Assembly: GCA_964291415.2 (NCBI GenBank)
Contig: OZ219920.1
Location: forward strand, 352,001 to 416,000
DNA length: 64,000 nucleotides
From: Alphaproteobacteria bacterium
GTDB taxonomy: Bacteria > Pseudomonadota > Alphaproteobacteria > SP197
Direction of reading: 5' to 3'
In this document: positions 9,751 through 18,430 of the stretch, piece after piece
Numbering within the stretch: position 1 is the stretch's first letter
Layout: each line of letters begins with the position of its first letter
Notes under the pieces: model-generated
What the model saw: the letters and a program-made list of their open reading frames with translations, nothing else
Databases searched by the model: none
What the model was told of the DNA's origin: nothing
Position numbers and translations under genes: made by a program

Positions 9751-10449
9751 ATGCGGTCCGCCATTGCCGTGACGCTGCTGCTGTTCGCCTGTGCCGCGGC
9801 GCCCGTCGGCGCGGCCGATCTGGAGGCGCGTCTCACCGCAGCCGATCCCGGCCGGGGCGAGAAGATCTTCCGCAAATGCGTGGCCTGCCATACGGCCGAA
9901 GAGGACGGTCGCAGGAAGACAGGCCCCAACCTCTGGGGCATTGTGGGCGCGCCCGTGGCCGCCGGGGAAGGGTTCCGTTACTCCGGGGCGCTGGCGGAGT
10001 TCGGCGGCAACTGGACCTTCGAACGCCTTGACGCCTACCTGGCGAATCCACGAGCGCTGGTGAAGCGCACTTCCATGATCTTCTCCGGCCTCAGGCGCGA
10101 GGCCGACCGCGCCGACGTGATCGCCTTCCTGAACCGGATGAGCGACAGCCCGGTCGAGTTCGGGCCGCGGCCGGCAATGCCGGCGGTTCCCCTGACACCG
10201 GAGCCGGAAGAGTTCGGCGTCATGGTGGCGGCGCCCGGGGCCTCGGAGACCTTCGACGCCTGCGCGTCCTGCCACTCGGAGCGGATCGTCGCCCAGCAGG
10301 GGTTGACGTGGGAGCAATGGGACGAGCTGCTCGACTGGATGGTCGACGAGCACGAAATGGAGCCGATGGAAGGAAGCGCCCGCACGATCGTCCTCGACTA
10401 TCTGGCGGAGCACTACGGCCCGGACCGTCCGAACTTCCCGGGAAACTAG
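9751..10449 (+). CDS. Two-domain c-type cytochrome (c2-like + small SorU-like domain), probable electron acceptor of the sulfite oxidase
   Basis: Signal peptide; CVACH...TGPNLWGIVG and CASCHS...W..LLDWM...DYLAEHYGP. Confidence 0.85.
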   Translation: MRSAIAVTLLLFACAAAPVGAADLEARLTAADPGRGEKIFRKCVACHTAEEDGRRKTGPNLWGIVGAPVAAGEGFRYSGALAEFGGNWTFERLDAYLANPRALVKRTSMIFSGLRREADRADVIAFLNRMSDSPVEFGPRPAMPAVPLTPEPEEFGVMVAAPGASETFDACASCHSERIVAQQGLTWEQWDELLDWMVDEHEMEPMEGSARTIVLDYLAEHYGPDRPNFPGN

Positions 10450-10669
10450 ATGGCCGCGGCTGCCCGTCGGAGATTCAGCGCCCGGAGAAAGAGGAACGCA
10501 TGCTGGAGAAGATGGCCGACGAGATCGGCGGCTGCGTCTACTCCGATCGCTTCTGCCCCGCCGGGCTCCTGCCGACATCATACCCGCTGCCCCGGATGAA
10601 CGGTCGCCACCTCAGAAGACGGGACGGGTCCGGCCGGAAGATGGAGACGATCGGCGGGACCGGCGGCCG

Positions 10670-11144
10670 AAACGAAACCCTGCTTCGGGTTCTCTGTTAC
10701 GATTGCCCGCCCTAGCGGGCTCATCGGAGGCTGCCGGTATCGGGCGAGTCGGCGCTGTTCCAGGGCTCGGACGAATGGCTGAAGCTGCTGGCGGCGAAAT
10801 CGCCTCTTGCGGTTCGTCTCGGCTCGCTCAAGTTCCGGGGTTTCGAGCCGAAACGAATCCCCATCGCTTCAGCGGCGCTGTCGGACGAGGACTTCAAGCC
10901 GCGATTCGAGCAGAAGGGAGTCGACATGCGGCTCGGCCTGGATGTTGCCTTCTATGCTGCCGACCGGTCTATCGACCGGGTTATCCTGGTCACCGGTGAT
11001 ACGGATTGCCTGCCGGTGATGAAGCGCGCGAGAACGGCCGGACTGCAAGTCGTGCTCGTTCAATTCCCGAAGCAGCGTCTCGCAAGGGAACTCATGTGGC
11101 ACTCCGACTTTCAAAGACCGGTCGAGTGGATCCAGCAGGATTGA
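10670..11144 (+). pseudogene. NYN (LabA/DUF88) domain nuclease pseudogene
   Basis: LLRVLCYDCPP*(TAG 10713-10715) continues in frame to ...VRLGSLKFRGF...EQKGVDMRLGLD...ILVTGDTDCLPVMKRAR; no N-terminal IDG motif found. Confidence 0.75.
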
Positions 11145-11357
11145 TAAGGATGGCGAGACTAGAATTCCCGGGCCCTGGTCCTGGCATCCTCTGCGCTCAG
11201 GGAGGCAGCATCGCCGACGATCTTCCAGACCCTCTTTTCTCGTGCTGGCCATGGAAGAAAAAGCACTTGCGCACTGACAGGTGGAGTCTCCCCGCAGTTG
11301 CGGTCGAGAGAGGGAATTAATGGCGTTATTACAATATCGTAGTAGAGATGATGTGCA

Positions 11358-12716
11358 TCAAGATTTCGCTGCGTCGGATGATGCCGGGAAGATGGTGCCC
11401 GGTGTGAAGGAGGCGATGGCCTCATCGATGGTGTGACGAAGAAGGTCGACGATGGTGTCGAGTTCGTCCGTTGTCGCATTGTAGGGGGGTGCGATGATGA
11501 TCTGGTCGCCCTTGATGCCGTCCACGTTGCCGCCTGTCGGATAGACGATGAGGCCATTGTCGAAACCCGTCCGCATGATCCGGTAGAACATGCGGGCATC
11601 GGGGCTGAACGGCTCCGCGATTTCCCGGTCCTCGACAATCTCGACGCCCTGGAAGAACCCCCGGCCACGGATGTCCCCGACATGGGGATGCTGGCCAAGG
11701 CTTTCCTCGAGACGCGACCGCAGCAGTTCGCCGTTGGCAGCGACCCTGGCCACGAGATCATCGCGCTCGATGATCTTCTGCACGGCCACCGCGGCGGCGC
11801 AGCATGTGGTGTGGGCGGTGAATGTGTGGCCGGTGATCGGCAGCCCGTCCACAGCGTAGATGGGTTCGGCGACGCGCCGCGAGAAGACGGCGGCGCCCAG
11901 GGGGAGGTAACCGCCACTCAGGCCCTTGGCAATGGACATGATATCGGGTTCGACGCCGTCGTGTTCCAGGGCCCGCCAGGTTCCGCAGCGTCCGACTCCG
12001 CACATCACCTCGTCGGCGATCATCAGCACTCCGGTCCTGTCGCAGATCTCGCGGATGCGGCGCGCGTAGCCGTCAGGAGCGGGAACGGCGCCTCCGGCGG
12101 CGCCGACGACCGGTTCGAAGATGAAGGCGGCGACATTCTCCGCTCCCAGCCGGGCAATCTCGTTCTCGAGTTCCGCGGCGCAGTATTCGGCAACGTCGCC
12201 GGCAGCAACCCCGGCCGGTGGCCGGTAGGTGTTCACCGGCGAAAGACGGCTCGTCTCGATCAGCGAGCCCCGGTAGGGACGCTGGCGCTGGTGGAACCCG
12301 GAGACGGAGAGCGCTCCGAGAGTGTTGCCATGCCATGAACGTTCACGGCTGATGAAGCGGACCCTTGAGGTCTCGCCCCGCGCCTGGTGGTACTGCAATG
12401 CCAGCTTGAGACAACTCTCGACGGCCTCCGAACCCCCGGTGGTGAAGATGACGTGATCGAGGTCGCCTCCCGCCTGGCGGGTGATGATCTCCGACAGCTC
12501 CTCCGCGGCGTCGCTGCGAAAGTGGAAGCGATAGCCGAAGGCAATGTCGTCGAGTTGTCTCTTGATCGCGTCGTTGACCTCGCGGTTGCCGTGACCGATG
12601 CTGAAGGCTGCCGGCCCGCCCGACGCATCGATGTAGCGCTTGCCGTCGCGGTCCCAGACGTGAATGCCCCGCCCGGATGCGATCTTCGGGAGCGTCGAGA
12701 GGGGATCGTTGATCAT
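11358..12716 (-). CDS. Class III PLP-dependent aminotransferase
   Basis: GKRYIDASGG, TTGGSEAVE, SWHGNT, AFIFEPVVG, IADEVMCGVGR, IAKGLSGGY, GHTF. Confidence 0.92.
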   Translation of the reverse strand: MINDPLSTLPKIASGRGIHVWDRDGKRYIDASGGPAAFSIGHGNREVNDAIKRQLDDIAFGYRFHFRSDAAEELSEIITRQAGGDLDHVIFTTGGSEAVESCLKLALQYHQARGETSRVRFISRERSWHGNTLGALSVSGFHQRQRPYRGSLIETSRLSPVNTYRPPAGVAAGDVAEYCAAELENEIARLGAENVAAFIFEPVVGAAGGAVPAPDGYARRIREICDRTGVLMIADEVMCGVGRCGTWRALEHDGVEPDIMSIAKGLSGGYLPLGAAVFSRRVAEPIYAVDGLPITGHTFTAHTTCCAAAVAVQKIIERDDLVARVAANGELLRSRLEESLGQHPHVGDIRGRGFFQGVEIVEDREIAEPFSPDARMFYRIMRTGFDNGLIVYPTGGNVDGIKGDQIIIAPPYNATTDELDTIVDLLRHTIDEAIASFTPGTIFPASSDAAKS

Positions 12717-12799
12717 GTCGGGAAGTCCGCTGGCCGTACCGCCGTCGATACAGCGGGCCGGACCTGCGTTCAAGCGCATCGCCGGCTCATGAGGGGTGA

Positions 12800-12876
12800 T
12801 GGTCGGAGTGGGAGGACTTGAACCTCCGGCCCCTGCCTCCCGAAGACAGTGCTCTACCAGGCTGAGCTACACTCAG
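12800..12876 (-). tRNA. Second, degenerate copy of tRNA-Pro(CGG) (probable pseudo-tRNA)
   Basis: 75/77 identical to 14460-14536; 5' end CTGAGTG gives a mismatch at acceptor-stem pair 2; T-loop variant TTCAAGT. Confidence 0.75.
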
Positions 12877-13329
12877 CCGACACGGGGCGTGACGTGTTGA
12901 CTGGAGACTACCCTGAGTTCAGCCCGATACTGGATCTTTGTGTTCTCGCTTCTTCAGCTATTCGGGAGAGTTGTCCAAGACGAACTCTTGCGGCGCCGCA
13001 ATGTTCGGAGAACCGGAGATCGGCCAGTCGACCGCTCCGCCGGCGATCATCATGCCCTGGATCATCGGACTCCAGGCAAGCGATAGCATGGACACCGTTT
13101 CCTCCGTCGTGGCTTTGACTGCTCCGCCTTCCTGGCGCATCACGATGCTACCGGGTGGATCGTCAGTCCCACCGGTGCAGAACCTCAGCGGTGCCATGGC
13201 GTCCACATGTTCGCCTGACGATGCACCTGACAGAACGGGCGGGAACCCGACCATCTTGCCATACCGGACGACAACGGTGCGGGGCTCAGTGCCTTGATCG
13301 GGACCCAACCCGACAGTCTTGGATCTTGG

Positions 13330-13983
13330 TCAGTCCGTCTTCGGCGGCTCTTCGAGAGTAATTCGTTCGGCAGGGTGAACCTTCGGAAATCGGCTATAGC
13401 GCTCACACCAATCTGCGGCGGCTGGGGAAAGCCAGCGGGTGAGCTGCATGATGTTCGCGTAGTGTTGGATGAGATGCCACTGAAGTATCGGTTCGTGATG
13501 GGCGACGCGGTTCCGGAGCGTCCTGATTTGTCTCAGCGGCCGGGAGAAGTCCTTGCGGCGGAGACCCTTGCCATCCTCCCGGCGTGCGATGTCATGGAGG
13601 ATTTGCTGCCAGAGAGTTTCGTAGCTCGGCGACAGCATCGAGGTCCAGAAGCTGAAGGTCAAAGCGGACACGATCCGCCCGGGAGTCGGGTTCTTCCGGT
13701 CGTCGGTGAGATCTTCACGCGCCTTGACAAGCTGACGGCGTTGATTGTCGACAAGCAGGAAACCGGCGTCGTCGAACCAACATTCATGTAAGGCATTCCC
13801 GAGGACGGCGTGTATCCGGTTCCGGAGCACAACTTCCAGGACCTGCAAGGGTGTGTACAGGGCTTCGGAAAGCTGCATGTTGAGGGCGTAGAGTTCGAGG
13901 GCGCGCGCCCGGTTCCCTCCCGCCCATTCAATATAGCGGGCGAAACGCTCGAGCGACAGGGCTGCTTCGAAGTCGTCGATCAC
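13330..13983 (-). CDS. Abi-family (Abi_2/AbiD-AbiF-like) HEPN ribonuclease
   Basis: LSLERFARY, ALELYALN..LSEALY..LQVLEVVLRNRIH, LTFSFW, LRNRVAHHEPI (RxxxxH HEPN motif). Confidence 0.85.
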   Translation of the reverse strand: MIDDFEAALSLERFARYIEWAGGNRARALELYALNMQLSEALYTPLQVLEVVLRNRIHAVLGNALHECWFDDAGFLLVDNQRRQLVKAREDLTDDRKNPTPGRIVSALTFSFWTSMLSPSYETLWQQILHDIARREDGKGLRRKDFSRPLRQIRTLRNRVAHHEPILQWHLIQHYANIMQLTRWLSPAAADWCERYSRFPKVHPAERITLEEPPKTD

Positions 13984-13995
13984 CAGGACAATCCC

Positions 13996-14024
13996 CTTGC
14001 AATTCGGTGGAGGCAGGCCTATAT
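13996..14024 (+). promoter_or_regulatory. Sigma70-type promoter divergent from the abi gene
   Basis: CTTGCA(13996-14001)-N17-CTATAT(14019-14024), close to the alphaproteobacterial CTTGAC-N17-CTATAT consensus. Confidence 0.65.
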
Positions 14025-14030
14025 CTGGTC

Positions 14031-14083
14031 ACGGAAACCCCGGTACCGTCTCTGCCCTAGGCACGCGGCCGGGGTAATTTTTT
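14031..14083 (+). ncRNA. Candidate ~53-nt structured small RNA associated with abi
   Basis: Starts about 6 nt after the -10; nested stems ACCCCGG/CCGGGGT, CCGT/GCGG, TGCC/GGCA; followed by a T6 run; no ORF. Confidence 0.55.
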
Positions 14084-14459
14084 GGGGCTCGGCTTCACGG
14101 CGTCCGCGTCCGACGGGCGATTCGACGCGGTGCCGAGCCTCCCGGCGTTGTTCCTTCGCTTCCGTAAAGTCGGTTCGAGCTTCTGGATGCGCTTCACCTG
14201 CCCATCAAGATGGTAGGTGTTGCCGTTCCAGTCCCCGGCCGGGGTTATTCTCAGCTCACGGCGAACCAGGCCTGCTTTCTCGAGTTTTCTGATGCTGTTC
14301 TGAATGGTCTTGTCGGAAACGCTGATCCTTCTGGCGAACTCTTTCCTCGAGGGGACGGCCGACGTTCAGTTTCCTGCCAGTAGTCCAAGAGCTCGATGAG
14401 ATGTTCATCTGCAGCGGACTGCTGCCGAGATGGCTCCGTGCTTGGATCATGAGGTGTGA

Positions 14460-14536
14460 TGGTCGGAGTGGGAGGATTTGAACCTCCGGCCCCTGCCTCC
14501 CGAAGACAGTGCTCTACCAGGCTGAGCTACACTCCG
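14460..14536 (-). tRNA. tRNA-Pro(CGG)
   Basis: CGGAGTGTAGCTCAGCCTGGTAGAGCACTGTCTTCGGGAGGCAGGGGCCGGAGGTTCAAATCCTCCCACTCCGACCA; perfect acceptor stem, CCA end. Confidence 0.97.
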
Positions 14537-14563
14537 CCGACATGGGTCGTCCGCAGAGCCGGC

Positions 14564-14592
14564 CTTATACCGGCTGCCCTGTCAGCCCGCAA
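14564..14592 (-). promoter_or_regulatory. Putative sigma70 promoter of tRNA-Pro
   Basis: TTGCGG-N17-TATAAG on the minus strand, 28 nt upstream of the tRNA. Confidence 0.55.
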
Positions 14593-16324
14593 CCGCGGCG
14601 CCGTTTCTCAGGGCATCGGTCGCCGGCTGGTCGACGGTACCGTCGCTGTCGAGGACCACGCCATAGGACCGGCGGGCCGCCTCGATGCTGACCAGGCCGT
14701 CCCTGACGTCGTGAGCGACGTCGAGGGCAGGGCGCCGGAAGGGATCACCCCATCCGCCGCCGCCGGGCGACAGGGCGTGGTAGGTGCAGGGTCCGTAGTC
14801 ATGACTGCCGTAGGCCGCGGGAAGGTGCTGGCGGCCATTGCGTTCCGTGATCGCCATGGCGCCGCCGGCCCCGTCCATGCCCCCGGCGGCGCCGTGGCCG
14901 CTGGGCCGCCCGAGCCCCTCGCTGCGGAAGTGGAAGGTCGAGGGGTCCTCAACTTCGACGAGGTAGTCCACGCCGCACCCGCCCCTCCAGGCGCCGGGCC
15001 CGCCGCCGTCGCGGCGCAGTTCGTGCCTGATGTATCGGATGGGGTAGAGCTGCTCGTAGTCCTCGAGGTTGGGAATGGTGAGCCCGCCCAGCGAAATCAG
15101 GTGGCCGATCTGCTCGAAACCGTCGCGACCCTCCACCGCGCCGCCGCCGGGCATCGCATGCCAGTGATACATGATGAAGCCGCGGTCGCGGGACTGGTCG
15201 TGCCCGGCCGCAATGGGATGAACGCTCCTGCCCCAGCCGGCGCAGGCGAGGTCCGGCCTCGCCTCGCCCAGGGCGCGCCAGATGGCATGGACGATGTGGT
15301 GGGCGATGAAGACCGTGTTCATGGTCATGGGCGCCGGAGGCCGGGGATTGACGATCGATCCCTCGGGCATCACCAGGTCAACCGAACGGAAGGTGCCCTC
15401 GTTTCGCGGCAGGTCCACGGGAAAGAACGATCCCAGCGCCATGTAGGTCGCCGACATGGTGTTGGCGACCGAACTGTTCTTGAAGCCCCGGATCTGCGGT
15501 CCGCAGCCCGAGAAATCGACCGTGATGCGGTCGCCTCGAACGATCAGCTTCACCTCGATTTCGGTGCGCCTGTCCTCGAAGCAGTCGTTGTCCGTCGCGT
15601 CGCTGCCGCGCCATGTGCCGTCAGGCAGGCTGTCGATGCAGGTGCGCAGCATCCGGTCGCCGTGGTCGAGGATCCCCTCGAAGCAGGCGAGGGCGTCGTC
15701 GCGTCCGGCGTCTCTCACCAGGGCCTGGAGACGTTCCATGCCAATCCGGGTCGAGCCCAGCATGGCGCGCAGGTCGCCGTCGAGCAGGTCCGGGGTGCGC
15801 GAGTTGAGGAGCAGAAGATTCCAGACATCCTGGCGCATCACGCCCGCCTCGACGAGCTTGAGCGGCGGAATGCGCAGCCCCTCGTGAAAGATCTCCGTCG
15901 CCATGGGGTTGTAGGTTCCGGCGGCGCCGCCACCGATGTCCGACTGGTGCGCCCGGTTGCAGGCGAAGGCGATGCGCTCGCCGTCATGAAAGACCGGACG
16001 CGCGATGACCCAGTCCGGCAGGTGGTTGCCTCCGGCGACATAGGGGTCATTCAGCAGAAACACGTCCTCGTCCTCGATGGCGTCGCCGAAGGCTTCGATC
16101 AGGGTTCGCAGCGCCAGACCGCCGCCGCCCGTGTGGATGGGGATGCCATCGGCCTGACTGATGAGAACGCCGTCCGCGTTGCCCAGAAAACACGAGAAAT
16201 CGTGACTCTGGCTGAAGATCGGGCTGCGTGCCGTGCGTGTCATGACCCGGCCCATCTGCCGGGAGATGTGATCCAGGCGGTTCTGTATGAGAGTCAGCCG
16301 AACGGGGTCGGGGGCAGGCATCAC
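14582..16324 (-). CDS. Hydantoinase B/oxoprolinase family protein
   Basis: MGRVMTRTARSPIFSQSHDFS, NDPYVAGGNHLPD, AHQSDIGG, EIFHEGLRIPP, GGPGAWRGG, PGGGGWGDP. Confidence 0.92.
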   Translation of the reverse strand: MMPAPDPVRLTLIQNRLDHISRQMGRVMTRTARSPIFSQSHDFSCFLGNADGVLISQADGIPIHTGGGGLALRTLIEAFGDAIEDEDVFLLNDPYVAGGNHLPDWVIARPVFHDGERIAFACNRAHQSDIGGGAAGTYNPMATEIFHEGLRIPPLKLVEAGVMRQDVWNLLLLNSRTPDLLDGDLRAMLGSTRIGMERLQALVRDAGRDDALACFEGILDHGDRMLRTCIDSLPDGTWRGSDATDNDCFEDRRTEIEVKLIVRGDRITVDFSGCGPQIRGFKNSSVANTMSATYMALGSFFPVDLPRNEGTFRSVDLVMPEGSIVNPRPPAPMTMNTVFIAHHIVHAIWRALGEARPDLACAGWGRSVHPIAAGHDQSRDRGFIMYHWHAMPGGGAVEGRDGFEQIGHLISLGGLTIPNLEDYEQLYPIRYIRHELRRDGGGPGAWRGGCGVDYLVEVEDPSTFHFRSEGLGRPSGHGAAGGMDGAGGAMAITERNGRQHLPAAYGSHDYGPCTYHALSPGGGGWGDPFRRPALDVAHDVRDGLVSIEAARRSYGVVLDSDGTVDQPATDALRNGAAVAG

Positions 16325-18399
16325 GGCTCCAGGGAGATCAGGTAGTTTCCGAAACGATCGATGGTGACATGATCCAGGGGACCGGCGTGAATCGTCGTGG
16401 TTGCCTCCTCGATGAGAAGGGGCCCTTCGAGCACCATCCCCGGTGCCAGAGACTCAGCCCGATAGACAGGCGTATCAGGAGCACCCTGGCCGGCACCTGC
16501 GAAGACGGGCCGGCGCGTGACGGGATCCGGACGGGCCCCCTGTCGCCGGTCGTTGGCGACAACGATGCGCGGCACCACGCCGCGCCCGGTGACATGGAGG
16601 GAGGTGATCTCAAGGGTGCCGCCTGGCTGGATATGGCCGTACATGCGCTGATGCGCTTCCTCGAAGGTGGCCCGCAGTTCAGCCCTGCTGAATCGGGGCG
16701 CGTGAATCCGCACGGACCATTGCTGGCCCTTGTACCTGAGATTCATGGAGCGGGTGATCGTGATGTGGTCCGCGGCAAAGCCCTCGTCGGCGAGAACGCC
16801 GGTCGCCTCGTCCTCGAGGAGCGTGTATGTCCGGGCGACGTCCGCTTCCTCGATGTGATCGAGTTCGCCGAAGAGGACGCGCAGAAAATCGTGCCGGACA
16901 TCGGTATTGAGCATGCCAAGGGCACACAGCGCGCCTGCCTGGCGTGGAACGTAGACGGTGCGGCAACCGATGAGACGGGCGATCGCCGCGCCATGCATCG
17001 GTCCTGCGCCGCCTCCGGCCACCAGGATCGAGTTCGCCGGATCGTAGCCTCGTTCGATGCTGATCCGCTCCACGGCATGGAGGAGGTTCTGCTCGAGGAG
17101 GGTAACGACGCCGGCGGCGGCCTCGGAGGTGGTGATGGCCAGCGGCTCGGCCACGTCCCGTGCCAGCGCCGTGGCAGCTCGCTCCGGGGCGAGCGTGATC
17201 TCGCCTGCCGCAAAGGTCTCGGCACTCAGGCGCCCGAGCACCACGAGGGCATCGGTGACGGTGGGTCGGGTACCGCCCTGATCGTAGCAGGCGGGTCCAG
17301 GGTACGCCCCGGCGCCCTGTGGCCCCAGCCTGATCATCCCTCCGGCATCCACCGAGGCGATGGTTCCGCCCCCGGCTCCCACCGTGTGGACATCGACGGC
17401 GGGCACGGCGACGTGGTAGCCGGCGATCATCAGATCGTCGCTGAGCGCCACCTCGCCGGCGTGCATCATGGCCACGTCACAGCTGGTGCCGCCGATATCC
17501 ATGGAGATGAGGTGGTCATGGCCTGTCTGCCCTGCCACGAGATCGAGAGCGCCGACGCACGCGGCCGGCCCTGAGAGCAGCAGGCTGACCGGTCGTTCGC
17601 GCATCTGGGCGACGGACGCCGCACCGCCGTTGCTCTGGACCAGGTGCAGCGGACGGCCGAGTCCACCCTGTTGCAGTGTGCTGTCGAGGCGCACGAGATG
17701 GGGAACGACCTTCGGTGCGAGGGCGGCGTTGATGACCGTTGTCGAACTGCGTTCATACTCGCCGATGATGGGCGCGACCTCACAGGAGAGACTGACGGCA
17801 TCGGCGCCGAATGTCTCCTCGAGGATTCCGGCCGCCTCACGTTCGTGGCATGGCTCCATGAAACTGTTGAGAAAGCACACGGCCACGGCGTCCACGCCTT
17901 CGGACTTCATGAAGAGCGCTGCTTCCCTCACCGCATCGCGGTCCAGGCCGACAACGATCCTGCCGTCGCGATCGATGCGTTCGGGAATGCCGATACGCAG
18001 ATAGCGCGGAACCAGAACCGGCGCAAAGGGAGTGCGGTGGTCCCACATGTCCTCGCGCACGCCGCGCCGGATGACCAGGGTGTCCCGAAAGCCCTCGGTG
18101 ACAAGGAGACCGACGCGGGCGCCGGAGTGCTCCAGCATGGTGTTGGTGGCGATGGTCGATCCATGCACGAACATGCTGCATTGTGCGAGCACGCGTCCGG
18201 AATCGATGCCAAGGCGTCCGGCCACGAGGTGAAGGGCCTGCATGACGCCCTTCGAGACATCATCTGGTGTTGACAGCGTCTTGGCAATCAACAGGGCGCC
18301 ATCGCCGTCCTGCAGAACGAGATCGGTGAACGTTCCTCCGACATCGACCGCGATGCGGTAGACGTCAGCGGACCCGTTCGCGTGCGGAGTTCCCTCCAT
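16321..18399 (-). CDS. Hydantoinase A/oxoprolinase family protein
   Basis: VDVGGTFTD, HGSTIATN, EYERSSTT, SGPAA, DIGGTSCD, GAGGGTIA, PGPACY. Confidence 0.92.
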   Translation of the reverse strand: MEGTPHANGSADVYRIAVDVGGTFTDLVLQDGDGALLIAKTLSTPDDVSKGVMQALHLVAGRLGIDSGRVLAQCSMFVHGSTIATNTMLEHSGARVGLLVTEGFRDTLVIRRGVREDMWDHRTPFAPVLVPRYLRIGIPERIDRDGRIVVGLDRDAVREAALFMKSEGVDAVAVCFLNSFMEPCHEREAAGILEETFGADAVSLSCEVAPIIGEYERSSTTVINAALAPKVVPHLVRLDSTLQQGGLGRPLHLVQSNGGAASVAQMRERPVSLLLSGPAACVGALDLVAGQTGHDHLISMDIGGTSCDVAMMHAGEVALSDDLMIAGYHVAVPAVDVHTVGAGGGTIASVDAGGMIRLGPQGAGAYPGPACYDQGGTRPTVTDALVVLGRLSAETFAAGEITLAPERAATALARDVAEPLAITTSEAAAGVVTLLEQNLLHAVERISIERGYDPANSILVAGGGAGPMHGAAIARLIGCRTVYVPRQAGALCALGMLNTDVRHDFLRVLFGELDHIEEADVARTYTLLEDEATGVLADEGFAADHITITRSMNLRYKGQQWSVRIHAPRFSRAELRATFEEAHQRMYGHIQPGGTLEITSLHVTGRGVVPRIVVANDRRQGARPDPVTRRPVFAGAGQGAPDTPVYRAESLAPGMVLEGPLLIEEATTTIHAGPLDHVTIDRFGNYLISLEP

Positions 18400-18430
18400 G
18401 CATCATCGCCCGGCGATGGCGCCGCCCGGA

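Larger units (their letters stand above)
12787..14550. repeat. ~104-bp imperfect direct repeat (12787-12890 / 14447-14550) containing the whole tRNA-Pro plus flanks
   Basis: TCATGAGG(G/T)GTGATGGTCGGAG...CACTC(A/C)GCCGACA(C/T)GGG(G/T)CGT in both copies. Confidence 0.95.

Noticed and set aside
12958-13308. 116-aa ORF downstream of abi as a possible protein antitoxin
   Set aside because: No RBS or recognisable motif, with competing ORFs on both strands; cannot be supported, though not excluded
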